Below, piece after piece: positions 38,708 to 51,902 of a stretch of DNA of 64,000 nt (the first letter of the stretch is position 1; every line of letters begins with the position of its first letter). Position numbers and translations under genes: made by a program. Source of the DNA: Podarcis vaucheri (lineage: Eukaryota). The stretch lies in NCBI GenBank assembly GCA_965113315.1, contig OZ220364.1, one strand, 5' to 3'. Under the pieces are notes generated by a model. The model saw only the letters and a list, made by a program, of their open reading frames with translations. It had not been told where the DNA came from and searched no databases.

Positions 38708-39977
38708 CTTAAAGAGAAAGAGAGGGAGACAAAAATTGAAAACACAATGAGACATCAATCAGCTCCTTCGAGTGGCTGCAGCAGCCATTCAAACTGTAAT
38801 CTGTAACGAGGAAAACAGACAGGTGAAGAGCTCTTATGCTACTTTAATTCCCACCCTTGCCCATCAGCCCTGAAGATACCTTGCAGGCTGCAAGCTGGAG
38901 GCCATCTCTGAATTGGACATCCTGGCCTTAAAACAAGGACTAAAACAATTAATCTGACTGCGCGGAGATGTCACTCATGCTGTGTTGCTCAAGAATGGAT
39001 TAATGGTATCTTACAGTACAGGCAGGCTCCTCCACTTACAGAAGCAGCGTAAAGAGATGGGTGTCTGGCGGGGCATAGATTGAGAGAAATTTATTGTAGA
39101 GATATGCACTGCTGTGCACAGTATCAGCTTAAAGACCACTCCAGCACGGCAGCAGCACTTTAAAAGTAAGTCACTGGGTGGAAAATGCAGACATAGCAGC
39201 TAAGAAAGAATAAATATAATTGTCTCTCAATCTCAGATAGTATCAAAACTGTCAAGAAACAACTCGATAGGAAAAATAGAACACAGCAAACATAAAGGCG
39301 GCAAGAAGGAATCTCTGGGGAAAGATGGACAGGCATTTTCTTTAATATACGATATACTCCTCTGTGAGAGAAGAGTAACAAATAACAGAACCTACAAGAG
39401 TAGCTAGGTTTTACCTTTTCTCAGTGGATTGGTTTTCATGTTATATAAGGACAGATTCTACAGGTAAAATATAGGGGGAGATTCCCACACGGGAAGTGAT
39501 GGGAACAATAATTCTGGTTACAACTTGATCTCGGAGTTTACAAGCAATGTTCTCATGGGCACTCATTGAGCAGAATGACCAAATGCACTGAGGAGAAAAT
39601 GACTGAATGAAATAATCAAGCCAAACAAAACTCTAATTTGCTCATGCTATTATGTGGGTCAGGTCACAAAGATGCAAAGCCACAGTCTGCTAGGAAAGCA
39701 AATTAAGGCACACGAGATGAAACCAATCACGTCGTTCCCAAGGGGACAATTGCGAAGATACAAGATATGTCAAATAATTTGAGCGTGTGGATATTAGTCA
39801 CAATCTGGAAAATCCCTCCCTGTTTCCGATCTGAAAAGTCTAATTGTGCATTGTTGTTTATTTGTCCATCCTTCCCCTGATATGCACGCAGTTGTATGAA
39901 ATGAATTCGCATGTTAACAATGAAGTATTAAATGAATTTCCTGTCACTGGGAATTTATGACCTGCTCACATATTATG

Positions 39978-40175
39978 AATGCAGGAAGCTGCCTTACACC
40001 GAGTCAGACCACTGGTCCATACAGTTCAGCACCGTCTACACTGACTGGCAGCTGATCTCCAGGGTTTCTGTCAGGGGGGACAGATGATGACACCCAGCCC
40101 TACCTGGAGATACCAGGGATTGAACCTTGAACCTTCTACATGCAAAACAGATGCCCTACCAATGGGCTTTGGTCC
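39978..40175 (-). mobile_element. tRNA-derived SINE (Squam3-like)
   Basis: B-box-like GGTTCAATCCC on the minus strand; CR1-like tail ggaagctgccttacaccgagtcagacc. Confidence 0.7.
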
Positions 40176-40456
40176 TTTCCATCTATTGTCAGATATGTGG
40201 CCTGATCAGATGATGTCTGTCCCACATGCATGGTGGGGAATGAGAAGCAGGGAGTAAACCTGCTCTACCCCTTAAGATAGCTCCAGTCCTCCTTCAAAAG
40301 CTGGATGACCAGACATATTACCTACATGTCCCTATTTCCAACTCAGTCATAACTAAAGCTTTCCAATTATTCTCTCATTTTGATTTTTAAGTCAAAAGTT
40401 GTGCTTTCCTGAATAGAGGGGCGGGAGCAGAAATATAATGGACAGTGTAGAAATAA

Positions 40457-40507
<51 letters not shown>
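40457..40507. repeat. (ATT)n microsatellite
   Basis: About 17 perfect units. Confidence 0.95.
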
Positions 40508-40822
40508 TCCTGATAAGGCTCTTAGTGTGTGAATTGTGAATGCTCACCTTTTATCAACCCGGTTCATTGGCATTAGTTCCCCTATTTGCTGCTGCTTTGG
40601 CACCACATGTTTCTACTAATTATACAGCAGCAACATTTTCCTGGATCAGTAATATAGCAATTCTAGACAATGGGGGTTCATACAGCAATGAGATGATGTC
40701 ATACAGCATTTGACTAAGCCGGTCAAATTTGGTAGTATACTGACATCACCAAGGGCATAAACTATTAAATTCAGAGGGAGGACAATGCTTTCTGAATAGC
40801 TGAGCACTTTTGAAGCAATTGT

Positions 40823-40825
<3 letters not shown>

Positions 40826-40861
<36 letters not shown>
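40826..40861. repeat. (CA)n microsatellite
   Basis: About 18 units. Confidence 0.95.
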
Positions 40862-40866
<5 letters not shown>

Positions 40867-43800
40867 GACACTGGCAACAATGTCCAGAAGCAGCAGCAAA
40901 CCTTTCCCCCCCCCACTTCAGCGCTATTCATAATTCCTTAGCTCCTTCTTAGCATTTCTTTAAAAAATAAGCAGAGGTGAGTTTCTTATATGGTCATTTG
41001 GACAGTAAAAACTAGATCGGTCAGCATAACTGAATGGAATAAGTGAAAAAAATCTATTCTGCATTGTCATGCGCACTGCTAGGACTCTCATTAGCCCCAG
41101 GTAATAGGTGGAAGAATGCCTATTGTAATGAAAATGCTCAGTGACAAACTGAACTAAGGAACGAGAAAACTACCTGTCAAGCTAGGTGAGAACAGTTCAG
41201 ATAACAAGGACAAATTTATTCTTGATCCTTGCCTCTCTGTTCCACAGTTAAATCTATGTTTTGTTTAGAGAACATGTGAATCTCTTCTTTACTATAGTGA
41301 ATCGCTCTGCTCCCCACTCCTCTCCTCCCCTTCCCAATAGATTGATGGGCTACATCTACTATGTATCACCTGATTCCCAAATACCAGGGGGGAAAGGCCT
41401 TAATTAGGCAGGGTTATTTAAAGATGTTATGTCCACAAGTCCTAGCTAGGAGGCTTCCCTCGAGACATCTAGTAACAGCTATAGCTTGGTCCAGATAATT
41501 TTGTAATCTGGATGGGTTCCAAAAGCATCTGCTATTCAAAGCATCGCTTGGTATTTATCTTGAGGCTTTGTAGTTAAATCAGAATGTGTCAGCAGCCTAG
41601 AATGCCCCTTTATATCTCCCTTTTGTCCAATTTTAATGCCAGAGATATTCTGAGTTTGTGTAATTGTTTCAAGCAAGTCAGTCAAAGGGCTTTGAGAAAA
41701 AGTCTGTGTGTGTTGGGGGGGGGAGATTATTTCACTTTCCATACCGCCTGCTCAGTAGGAGAGGGTAAACGACTGGACCAAATATTTGCTTATGCACGGT
41801 CTTCTTTTAGGGGCAAACTGAGACAAAGGAACTAAAAGAAAGGTAACAAAATAAAATTTGAAACGAGAGTGTTGAGCTGGCCTAGAAGAAGCTGGTCTAC
41901 ATCTAGATTTTGCTGGGCTCCCCCCCCCAAAAGAGTCCTTCTCCCCCATCCATAAGATTCTTTCTCTGCAGAGGCCAGAGATGGAGGCTTGCTTACAATC
42001 AGCTTGATTGCTTCTGAAGTTCACATTATGTTCAAAGAGATGGCTCAATTATGTTATTCTAATCACATCTACTTCAGAAGACACACCTGGTCGGTATGAA
42101 TATAGATGTGGAAGAAAAGAACACTGTAACAAACACATTTGATAGTAAATATTATGAAGGGATTCTGTAATGTACAAATGCAAGCAGAGTCCCTGTGGAT
42201 GCAGATGTGAATATATGTCTATCCAATGACTACATTCCCTTTGATATCAACTGGTGTTTTACTTAGAAATGACGGTCGGGGTTTTAGAAAGGCATCTCAG
42301 TGATTCCTTTAAGTAAGAGTATTGATAATCCCCTGATTGGGGGTGTCCAATGTTCTTAATAATTACTTAAGGCCAATGACACATAGGTTTCTGAAAAATG
42401 GGGAAAATGTATAAAAAGGAGGGAACAAGGAAAAGCTTACAGAAAAAAAAGTGGCCGCTATTGTTTAACTTTCCAAGGTTAAGAACAAGTCCCAGAGCTT
42501 TGCAAAACCAACGGTTCAAAGACTTATGAAACTGATTTTTTTAAAGCAGCAATTTTCTACAACCTTGAATGCAAGAACTTAATACCAAAACAACCACAGG
42601 TTTTAATGGGTCACAGAAGTAAAGCTGGAAGTGGGATCCCAATGAACATGTAATGTCAGCCGAGGGAATGGGTCCAAGTTTCTAAGTTTACAAAGATGCA
42701 AAGAAAAACCTTCATATGGGCAAGTAACACAAGCTTTTTGTTTCACTCCAGTTGAGGTTTCCCTTGCAATGCAAATAATTGCTTCAGAGAGGTCATTTTT
42801 GTTTAGACTTAAGGCAGGAAAAGAAAAAAAGCTAGTTTCAGCTGCCAATGGTCCTGAAACTGCTCAAGCTTCCCCTCAGCTCCTTTTTACATACCATAAA
42901 ATGTGCATGTTGAATGCATTTGCCCAGTTAAAATCATGTCTAGTTTGGCCTGCAGTCACCTAAGACTTTCATTGACTTAATCACTATAGGATGGCAATGG
43001 CTCAGGGTTTTGGTAAACCATAGTTAATCGTTAAACCACAATTTCTGGCTTAGTGTTATGTCAAAATTAGGGATCATGGTTTGCTATTTACTTACTCATT
43101 CCGATTAATTTGGAGCAAAACAAACCACAATCCCTGGTTTGGACTCAACACTTAGCTTAGGATCCTGGTTTCTTTCTCCTGTATGCTAGCAAGGAGGAGC
43201 AAAGCAGGCAATATTTACTATGGTTTACTGTGACATGCAGATGAGGCCCAGTGTAATTTTTACCTGAAGGTCCAGCTTCCTCCTTATTCAGTGGTGAAAG
43301 CAAAGTAAACACATGGAGAAGCCATCCTGACTGCCATACATTTGATGGGCTGCTACTCAAACCAAGACTTTAAGCATAGTGACACCAGCATTTTAGAATA
43401 TATTTCCTATTGAAATTAAACAGGCACCTACAATTCTCACATTTTGTCCTTTAATGAAAAGGTTATTCTTCTGTCAAGCATTTTTAGAGAAATGATTTTA
43501 TTCATTGTAGGTCACTTGACACTGTACTTTGTAATTTTATGATGCTATAGTGGATTTTTATTGTTTTGTTCATTTGTTTAATTTGGTACACACCATGATA
43601 CATGCTAATCTCACACCTGGTATATGCAAACTGAGATCCAACCTGCAATAACTAGACTCATTCATAGGTTTGTTGACACCCTGTGACCAAATCGTTTTTG
43701 CTTCAAATCATTGGTTCATGCATAGCAGTTCTGCTTTTTGCATGTGTTCATTCCTGTTATAATTTCACCTTGCAAGATAGTCCCCCTCACTCATTCGCTG

Positions 43801-43889
43801 GTCCTATGTATGGGTGGATTATCTATTTACCTCCCGACTCACATGCACACACAACAAACTCATCTATTTCCACACCCTTAAGGATGCTT

Positions 43890-43988
43890 ACAAAAAGTTC
43901 ATGTCACAATCAATTTATTAGTCTTAAAGGAGCCACAAAACTTGTTATTTTTACAGCTACGTACCAACGCATCTACTTCTCTAGAATT
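43890..43988 (+). mobile_element. Decayed Penelope-like 3' end
   Basis: aaagttcatgtcacaat..ttagtcttaaaggagccacaa..ccaacgcatctac resembles the tail of the young copy at 36260-36358. Confidence 0.5.
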
Positions 43989-44644
43989 TGTTTCTAATAG
44001 TTGCAGATGTTCATGTCATGTTTTTCACCTGTACTGCAGAGAAGAGATGGTCCCATGAGTCCTTGTATGCCCCTCCAGGAGCCAAGGCTATACAAGGAAC
44101 GATGTCTGCAGGTTTTGATTTGATTAGTCACATTCTGCATCTTCTGGGTGCCCAGAGGCCTTGTTTCTTCCTAATGGATGCTCTGTGCAATCTCTCTAAC
44201 TGCACTTGATGGAGTTGAAGGAGATGCCTGTCAGCTTGCAGTTTACTTCTTTGGAATCAGCTGTATGTATGTGTTGTTCTGTGTGCTCAGGAGCTGCACC
44301 TGAATTTACATAAGCCTGGCTGTATGCCCCTGTTCTAACTGTGGGTATTCATTGGCAAGGAGAGATACAGGGATAACTTAGCCTCATCAGTCTATCCAGC
44401 TCCAAACTGCAGCTGATTTTTCTCCTGTTTTACCCCCACCCGTTCCTTAGTTAAAACGTTTTCTAAATGGCCTCCATGGCCTAGGAAAGAGCAACATTCA
44501 TTAGAGTACTGCCTCTTTATAATTTGAGGCTAATAGGACAATTTCTCTCCTTCCTTAGGAATCTCTAAAGGGAATATATAGAAGCAGAAATCATCCACTT
44601 GAAACCGAGCACAGGATATAGCTCTGTCTTTGAAAAAAAGGGAA

Positions 44645-44647
<3 letters not shown>

Positions 44648-44680
<33 letters not shown>
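44648..44680. repeat. (CT)n microsatellite
   Basis: About 16 units. Confidence 0.95.
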
Positions 44681-44683
<3 letters not shown>

Positions 44684-45502
44684 AGCTAACAATGCACACT
44701 GAATAGCTGAAGATAATCCACTTGCTAATGCTGGGCTTACCAGTCTGGGCTGGCTACCCATGAAGACCCACAGAAAATTCTGAATGACTTCTGAAAATTC
44801 TGAAGGAGTCTAAAGCAAGGGAACGGAAGGGCATGCAGGGCAAAATGACAAGATTTAGCTTCCCTCCCTCCCTCCCTCTGTGATTTCATGCTTCACAATA
44901 CACGGACATTGGGGTTGTGCTGGATAAAAACCACAACATGACAAACTCACACAGCAACCTGGTATGCCATAGCATTTTCCACCACCTTCAATCCAGCCTC
45001 TACTTGGAGTGGAGGTGGATTTCTATAGGTCACTCCAGGGGCTTCCTACTGGGATTGAGGGGGGGGGGAGCCACTGCTGTCAATAGGAGCTTACCTCCCA
45101 TAAGGTAATTGCCTTATGGGGGGATTTTTAAGGGGACCACATTGGATGAAGTGTTAAATAAGCCTCCCCTCACTGCATGCCACAGTCCCAGTGAAAATTA
45201 CGCCTTTCACAGAAAGTGTTGTGTGCTACTCACTTAACATAATATGTAATCAGGGCCTCGGATCCTGTGCACATCTTACATTGGGCTGCTATGGCTTCTC
45301 TTGATTAAACACTTTCCGTTCCAGTGACTGAAGGAGACATGGCCCCCAATGGATTCCTTACTTGACAAACATGGATTCCAGTGATGTTTTGTGCTCATTA
45401 AAAAACAACACACCCAAAAATTAAACAAAGAAAAAGCAGAACTTTCTCCTCTCTTCTAAACCCTTTGAAGCAAAGGGTCTAGGCGTGCTGGCTCTCACTT
45501 AC

Positions 45503-45949
45503 CAAGTTGCCTTCATCATCCATATCGTCACATTCAGGAAGCGGATCTTCCAAATGAAGCTGCTGTATCAGAACTCTGGAGGCTGTTTTACCATTGCAAT
45601 CTTGGTGCTCTGATGCGGAGGTGTGGCTACTGTGTATGCTGCTGGTCCGGTATAGAGAAGGCACCTGAAGGGTATCTTGGAAGTCAAAAGAGCCTTTGGT
45701 TTCCAGTGACTCAATGCGGTGAGGTATAGTGCCATTAACGCTCCCAGTCCGACTGGACTGCTCTTCATCAGAGCTTTCCCCTTCCTCTGAACTCTGCTTC
45801 CCATCCCCGGACAAAAGTGACTTGCGCTCTCCACTTTGGTTGCGACGTTTCAAGCTGGGAGCCCGCCCTATGCTGTTCCAGCTTGACCTGCGGCTGTTCC
45901 AGCTACCTCCGGCACTCCAAGGACTGTGTGGGGAACTCCGGGCGCTCAC
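45503..45949 (-). CDS. CACNA1G: Cav3.1 exon ~17 (II-III loop) [36 protein letters not shown]...QDCNGK...DDEGNL
   Basis: 447 nt (149 codons), ccccag|GTG...TTG|gtaagt, symmetric phase 0. Confidence 0.95.
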
Positions 45950-46141
45950 CTGGGGCAAAGCAGTGAAGAACAGGTAAGAAAACCAAGCCAGGTGCTAAAC
46001 AATAACCATCTGGGGCCTGCACTCAATTAGCAAGGCCTCAAGCCATCGAACATCGCAGTAGGTGCTCTGGTATGTCACACCCTTGGAAACAACCGCTAAG
46101 ACAAGAAACAAACAGCGTGACAAGAAAGACAACTCACGTAC

Positions 46142-46326
46142 CGGAGATTTGAGATCATATGTATTAGGATCCATGGAGATGCTACTAGCTCTTCGGGAAT
46201 CATAGCCTTGAGCCGCTTCCCCATAGATGGCACTTTTTGGCATGGGCATTGGTGTAGCGGCGGTGTGGATGATGAGCGGAGGTGTTAAGCTCTTCTTTAG
46301 CTCTGGGTGGTCACAAAGAGCCATCA
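46142..46326 (-). CDS. CACNA1G: Cav3.1 exon ~16 (II-III loop) MALCDHPELKKSLTPPLIIHTAATPMPMPKS...DLKSP
   Basis: 185 nt, ttctcag|TG...CCG|gtacgt; PPLIIHTAATPM motif. Confidence 0.94.
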
Positions 46327-47055
46327 CTGAGAAAAACAAAGGACATTTAGGTCATACCCTAAGGGTGGAGGCACGTGAATGCATGTGTCAAGGTCTTGAT
46401 GCCAACTTGATGCCATGTGCTTCTGATCTAAAGGGGTTTCTCCTCATCATCTCTCCCACCCTTGTATAATATGAGTTTCACGTTTTTCTGTTTGTACACT
46501 TCTTGTACTCTACTCTCTTTCATTTACCTCTGATCACTCTTCCTAAATGCACATGAATTACAAGTAGCAGTGCTCTGCTTCTTCCATTCCCATTGAAAGA
46601 TACCAACAAGGCCAGTCTCCCTTTTCTGGTGGATAGTCTTTAACAGCACCCTTAAAGGTAAGCAGCTTGGGCAGGGGAAGGAGCAACATAATGTACAGTA
46701 GGCTTCTCCAACTTGATGTCATGATGAGGTTGGACTATAATACCCATCGATCCCAGCTGATATACAGCAGTATCAAGTCTTCTTCCTTACACCCCCCCCC
46801 CCACCATGAGAAGGGAAAGAGACCGGCCCATTAAGCTAATGGTCTGTAAGCCATGTATGAAATTTTTAAGGCCACCAAACAAGACTTTCCTTTCTGAATT
46901 CTTTTGATTACAATCATTCAATTATGTTCTCTTTTGAATCAAAATCACATTAGTTCAAAGTAACTATTCTGGAGTTAGAAGTTCAAGAAAAACAACACCC
47001 GCTATTCATACTAAAGTGAAAAACAGTTCTCCTTGAAGGAGCAGCAGCTACTTAC

Positions 47056-47146
47056 AGGCTGGATTTGAAAAGTTCTTAAGCCCACAGTCTTCTTCCAGAC
47101 TACGGGGGAAAAGCTCCCCTTCAGAATCAGATTTAGTAGCATCACC
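47056..47146 (-). CDS. CACNA1G: Cav3.1 exon ~15 GDATKSDSEGELFPRSLEEDCGLKNFSNPA(L)
   Basis: 91 nt, ctag|GGT...GCCT|gtaagt, phase 0 to 1 fitting the next exon; GDA-KS-SE motif as in mammals. Confidence 0.88.
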
Positions 47147-50100
47147 CTAGATCAAAACAAAGTGCTTTAGCAAGCAGGATGAAAAGCGAAAGTTAACTCA
47201 GGATTCCCCTTCTGAATAAAAGGGTCCTTTCACCCAATAAGATATCCACTGTTCCACTGAAATTGTTACCACAATGGGACATCACCTTCCACAAAATGAT
47301 GCATGCATATATTGATAGCACATCAATTCACTATGCAGTAATCCTTCAGGAAGGGCAGAGAGGCTACATTTGATTCAAAAGCAGCTAAAGACTTGAATGG
47401 GGCAGGAACAAACTGTTTAACCTCCATCAGTTGGAATCTCAGACCGAAACACAGCTAAAAGCTCTACTGGCCAAGTAAAATTAGACTCTATTCTTAACTT
47501 ACTTTCCTGGCTATTCAGACGAATTCCTCATACACCTACATTCACAGGAAGTCAAAATGCTTCTTGCTGAAATTGATTTTTTAAATAAGATGTTTGCAAA
47601 TTGCATTGAGACATATACACGGAAGGCAATTCACTAATTATTATCATTATTGATAATATACAAAATAATCAAGGTTTTAACCAGGAATCTGAAAATGTAT
47701 CTTGGTGATTACAGTGGGTAAGGGAATATGGGTGACGATACTGGAAAATGGGAATATATAGAAGAAAGTCCAACTAAGGGGGCAGCCTCTAATCTGATTG
47801 CTGCATGCAGCTTTTTCAAAAATAGTTAACAATACAAAAATCTGCAGTCAAAAACTTTTTGGGGAGGACACTTTCTATTGTTAGCTATCCTTTGGGAGGA
47901 AGGGTAGAATACAAGTTCAATAATAAAAATAGACTTTTACAAAATTTAGACTGGTACAATCTATTGATTAGTAGTGTGAATTCATTTATTTGAATGGCTT
48001 GAAGTAAATATATATATATCCTATCTGGTTGCCAATGAAGAGCAGTGACATGGGTCTACATGACTGAAATGGTAAGATCTGGATACTTGGTTATAGGCAA
48101 TGGGGTTCTACCCCATAGGCAAGTCCTGTCTAACAAATTAGAAGCTTGAAGCTGACAAAAAGCTTGTCCCTATTAGAGGGTGGCCTAGAGCTTCTTCCAA
48201 TTCCATGTTAAATAATTCACTTGCTCATTAGCTTCTGCCATTTGCTTCACTGTTAGGTTTCTAAGATCAGACATCATTAACAAAGGGCCCTCAATACCTT
48301 CCCCGTCAGTCCTCTGATCCAATTCACTGGCACATGTGGTGGTAGATGGGAGAGTGTTATAACCCAAAAATATAAGCTAGGAATAGCATATACAATAACT
48401 ATTCCAGTCTGATTTCCTGAAGAAATCATAATTCCAGAGAAAAGTAGTCTCCAGGGAGTTTGATGTGGTCAGTGGAAGAAGTTGATGCAGCGATAACAGA
48501 GAAGCTAAGCAAATTTTTACTTTCCTAGTTTTCTAGCTAAAGTAAGGCAACTACCACAGCAAAGTACAACAAAGTCTACGTTGCTGTTCTAAAAAGCCTT
48601 GGCTCACCCTGATGACATTTGGTGCGTGGGCAAAACATGAAAAGCAGAATGGGCAGTAGTTGGGAGGATAATGCTAAATGGCTGGCTTTTGAAAACAATT
48701 TTTGCCTGATTAAAGAGTACAGGGCACATCATCAACATAAATGACCTTTATTTTCTCTAATTAAGTGCCTGTGTCTGTTTATCTATGTAGCTGAGCACAT
48801 AACATATTTTTTCTCCAATCAAGCTTTGAACTTTTTCTCAAAGATGCTTCTTCATCAAAACAGAGAGTGCACATAAACACAAAATCCTGCATCTTCACCA
48901 GGTCTGTATGTAGGGCATCAGGTCTATTTAGAAATACTCCCCCATTATGGTAGGTGAGGATTGTTGAGGAATGTATTCCGTTGAAAGGGACTTAAACTAA
49001 TTAGTTTTTTTGTGACAGAGAATCAACCTGACTTCTCCTCTTGGAAAGTTTCCCAACAGTATACTAAAGATGAACTGATTTATTTAAGACAATAATTAAA
49101 ACAGGATTAGAAGCAGTAATCTATTAATCTCCACAATTAATGGATCAATTCATTAGTGGTTTAGACATGATTTAACCATGCTTTCACAGATAACAAGAGG
49201 CATAGCAAGAGGGAAGGACAGGGTGATGTTTCTTACTTGATCTAATGCTTATTACTTTAAGTCAGGGCAGAGTGGTGAATCTCAAAACTTTCAGATTTTG
49301 TTGGGCTTTAATTCACATCAGCCCTAGCTAGCATGGCCAAGAGTCAGCGATAATGGGAGTTTTACCTCTCCCCCCTTTTTTTCTTTACTCTGTAGCCTTT
49401 TGGTAACTTCCAGAGGGCTATAGGTTCTCCGTCCCCAGTTTAAATGCAGAAGTATCACAAAGCTTCATGATCAACTGATCTCTTAACACCAAAAGAATTT
49501 GGTCCAGCATAAGGTATCATCTTTTATCTATTTTGTATCTCTTGAGATTTAAAGTATGGAGTTTTAACTGAAGCTGCCCCCTGTTGAGATGATGCCCAGA
49601 ATTAATAGCATTGCTGTAAAATAGCTGCATTGCTTCTTTCAATCAGCCAATGCATTAAATACGTTTTCTCAACAATAACTTATTATGCTATTTAGTGGAG
49701 ATAAATGGCTCACTTAATTATCTCTAAAAGGTCAGTTGTGTTTATATGCTTCAAAATGAATATGATACAGGAGTATGATGGGCTGGGTTTAAACCTGGGA
49801 AACCCCTGAAATAACTCCATGGGGGGTTTCTTCAGTTTGGCAGTCCATTTTTATGCAATTCCAATTTCTCACTAATGCTTCAAGCAAAAATGAGATAAAT
49901 TCCTGTTCAGATATGTGCCTTTATAAGACTTGCTGCTTCAGAAAAATAAAGTGTTTTTGATGAGGAAATGTGCCAAAGCACGATATGACATTGCATAAAA
50001 TATCACATTGCAAGCAACTATGTTAGCACAAATGTCTAGAGCCAAACCACTATGTACCGGTATATGGAAAAGTATGAATAAAATAGAGGTTAATTAATTA

Positions 50101-51833
50101 ACTACTTGGTGGTTTTTAGAGGGAAGCTGGATTAAGATACTCAGATTGAAATTTGTTATATCTTTTCATGATTTAGTTTGAGTTCCTAAAATTATAAATA
50201 AAGAACAGGGGGGAGATACTTTTATCCTCCAGCCCTGCAGCACCAAACCCCATGTTTTCTTTGAAATAAAGCACCCCTGCCAAATAATATACCAGCACCT
50301 TTGTCAGTACACTAAGCACTAAGTTTAGCCGCAGAGAAGCATCATCCACCAGGGCTCCAATAGAAATTACCTGTTTTTGCACTCCCAGTTTGCCTTTCTG
50401 GATGAAAAAGGCATCGTATGAGTGAATGTAGAGTTTAAATCTTTTTTTCCCTAGAAGCACAAGTACTTTGAGATGGCCTACAGGGTATTAGAGATATACA
50501 ATATGTAGGGAAAGCAGTATCTGGCTATAACACAAGAGGCTTTTCATCTAAATAAAAGCTGCTGCTTCCAATGCTGAATGGAAATGGAGAAAAAATGGGA
50601 AGGGATAGACACATGGCAGGAATAGGCTATGGAAAGGGAAGCACAATTTATGAAGTGCTTGATTTCATAGAAATAAATGGAGCCTTGTAGACTTTTAGTA
50701 TGTCAACATTTGACATAGCTTTTGTGTCGTCATTCTGGGTTGTTGTTGTTTTAATATAAAGGAAACATTGTTAGCATACAGAACATTGTTAGGATTTAGG
50801 TCCATCAGCACATCATAACTCTATGAAAGAGTAGGAGTATTAAAACTGGTTCTGACCTTTCCTACATACCCTAGACTGGGGGATTTCGCTCAGAGATTAT
50901 TGCCCAAGTTATCTGCAGTTTTGTTTTTTGTTTTAAAGACACCAGCATTTATTGCAGCTGCCTCGATTTTAGCACTGACTTTTCCAGAACAGAGTTGTCT
51001 CACACATGAGCATCCACAAAACGTGCTTGATTTTAGGTCTCTTCTGTCTTTGAGGGGTTTCTTTAATCTCTCTCTCTCTCTTTTAACAAGAACTGGGTGT
51101 GGTATGCAAAGCAGTTAACAGCCTGTTTGTAAACCCCGTGCAAGGTCAAGAATATGCTGAAAACTATATGGGTCACGTTATCTTAGAATTCACTTTAATC
51201 CAATGGGCAGTCTCTCAGTGACTTGAATGGTCTCTGGGCCTAAACTAGTACACCCCTGCCATTGGTAGTAAGTAGATAAAACAATTTTATGTTGAGAAAG
51301 TAGATATAACAATTTGTATCTCTCCATGAACATGAAACAAATCTACATGCATAAGGGCAAGTGCATTAGCGTAGTAAATGCAAGCAAATCCCAGTGATCC
51401 CGACTGAAAGCAAAACCTGGATCCATGGAGTCACAGGCAGCATGTTGCTCAAGCCTATCTAATGCTTGGAGAGCACTGGCCAAGGCATGAAACTGAACTT
51501 CCATATGCAAATATTATTTAAAATGGCATCTACCTTTTAGGGAGAAACCAGAAGCTTGTGAAGAAAAATCTCAGTAGGGAGGAAGGAAGGAATCCAGAAC
51601 AGGTTCTCAATTATTAAGGGGACTCTTAATTCCCTCAAAGAAGGAAGAGACTTTAAATCAAGGCTAACTTGACAACAACAACAAGTCCAAAACCAAACAG
51701 CTACCATGATGAGAACAGTGGCGATGATGTGATTGTTCACCACAGAGGGAGAGAATGAGAGAAAAAAAGAGAGAGAGAGAGAGAGACAACTATCAGACGA
51801 AGTTTGGGGTGTTCATGCCAAGGTCTTACATAC

Positions 51834-51902
51834 CACTGACGAGTCGACAGGCAGCTGAATACAGCTTAACTGCCTACTCGCTGCTTCCCGTTTGGTGATT
51901 TC
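51834..51902 (-). CDS. CACNA1G: Cav3.1 alternative cassette exon 14 [23 protein letters not shown]
   Basis: 69 nt, symmetric phase 0, ttcag|GAA...GTG|gtatgt; resembles mammalian exon 14 ([23 protein letters not shown], recalled); not in the ORF track. Confidence 0.9.

Noticed and set aside
45950-46141. Intron 16 is 192 nt (a multiple of 3), so in-frame retention seemed possible
   Set aside because: There is an in-frame TAG at 45997-45995.
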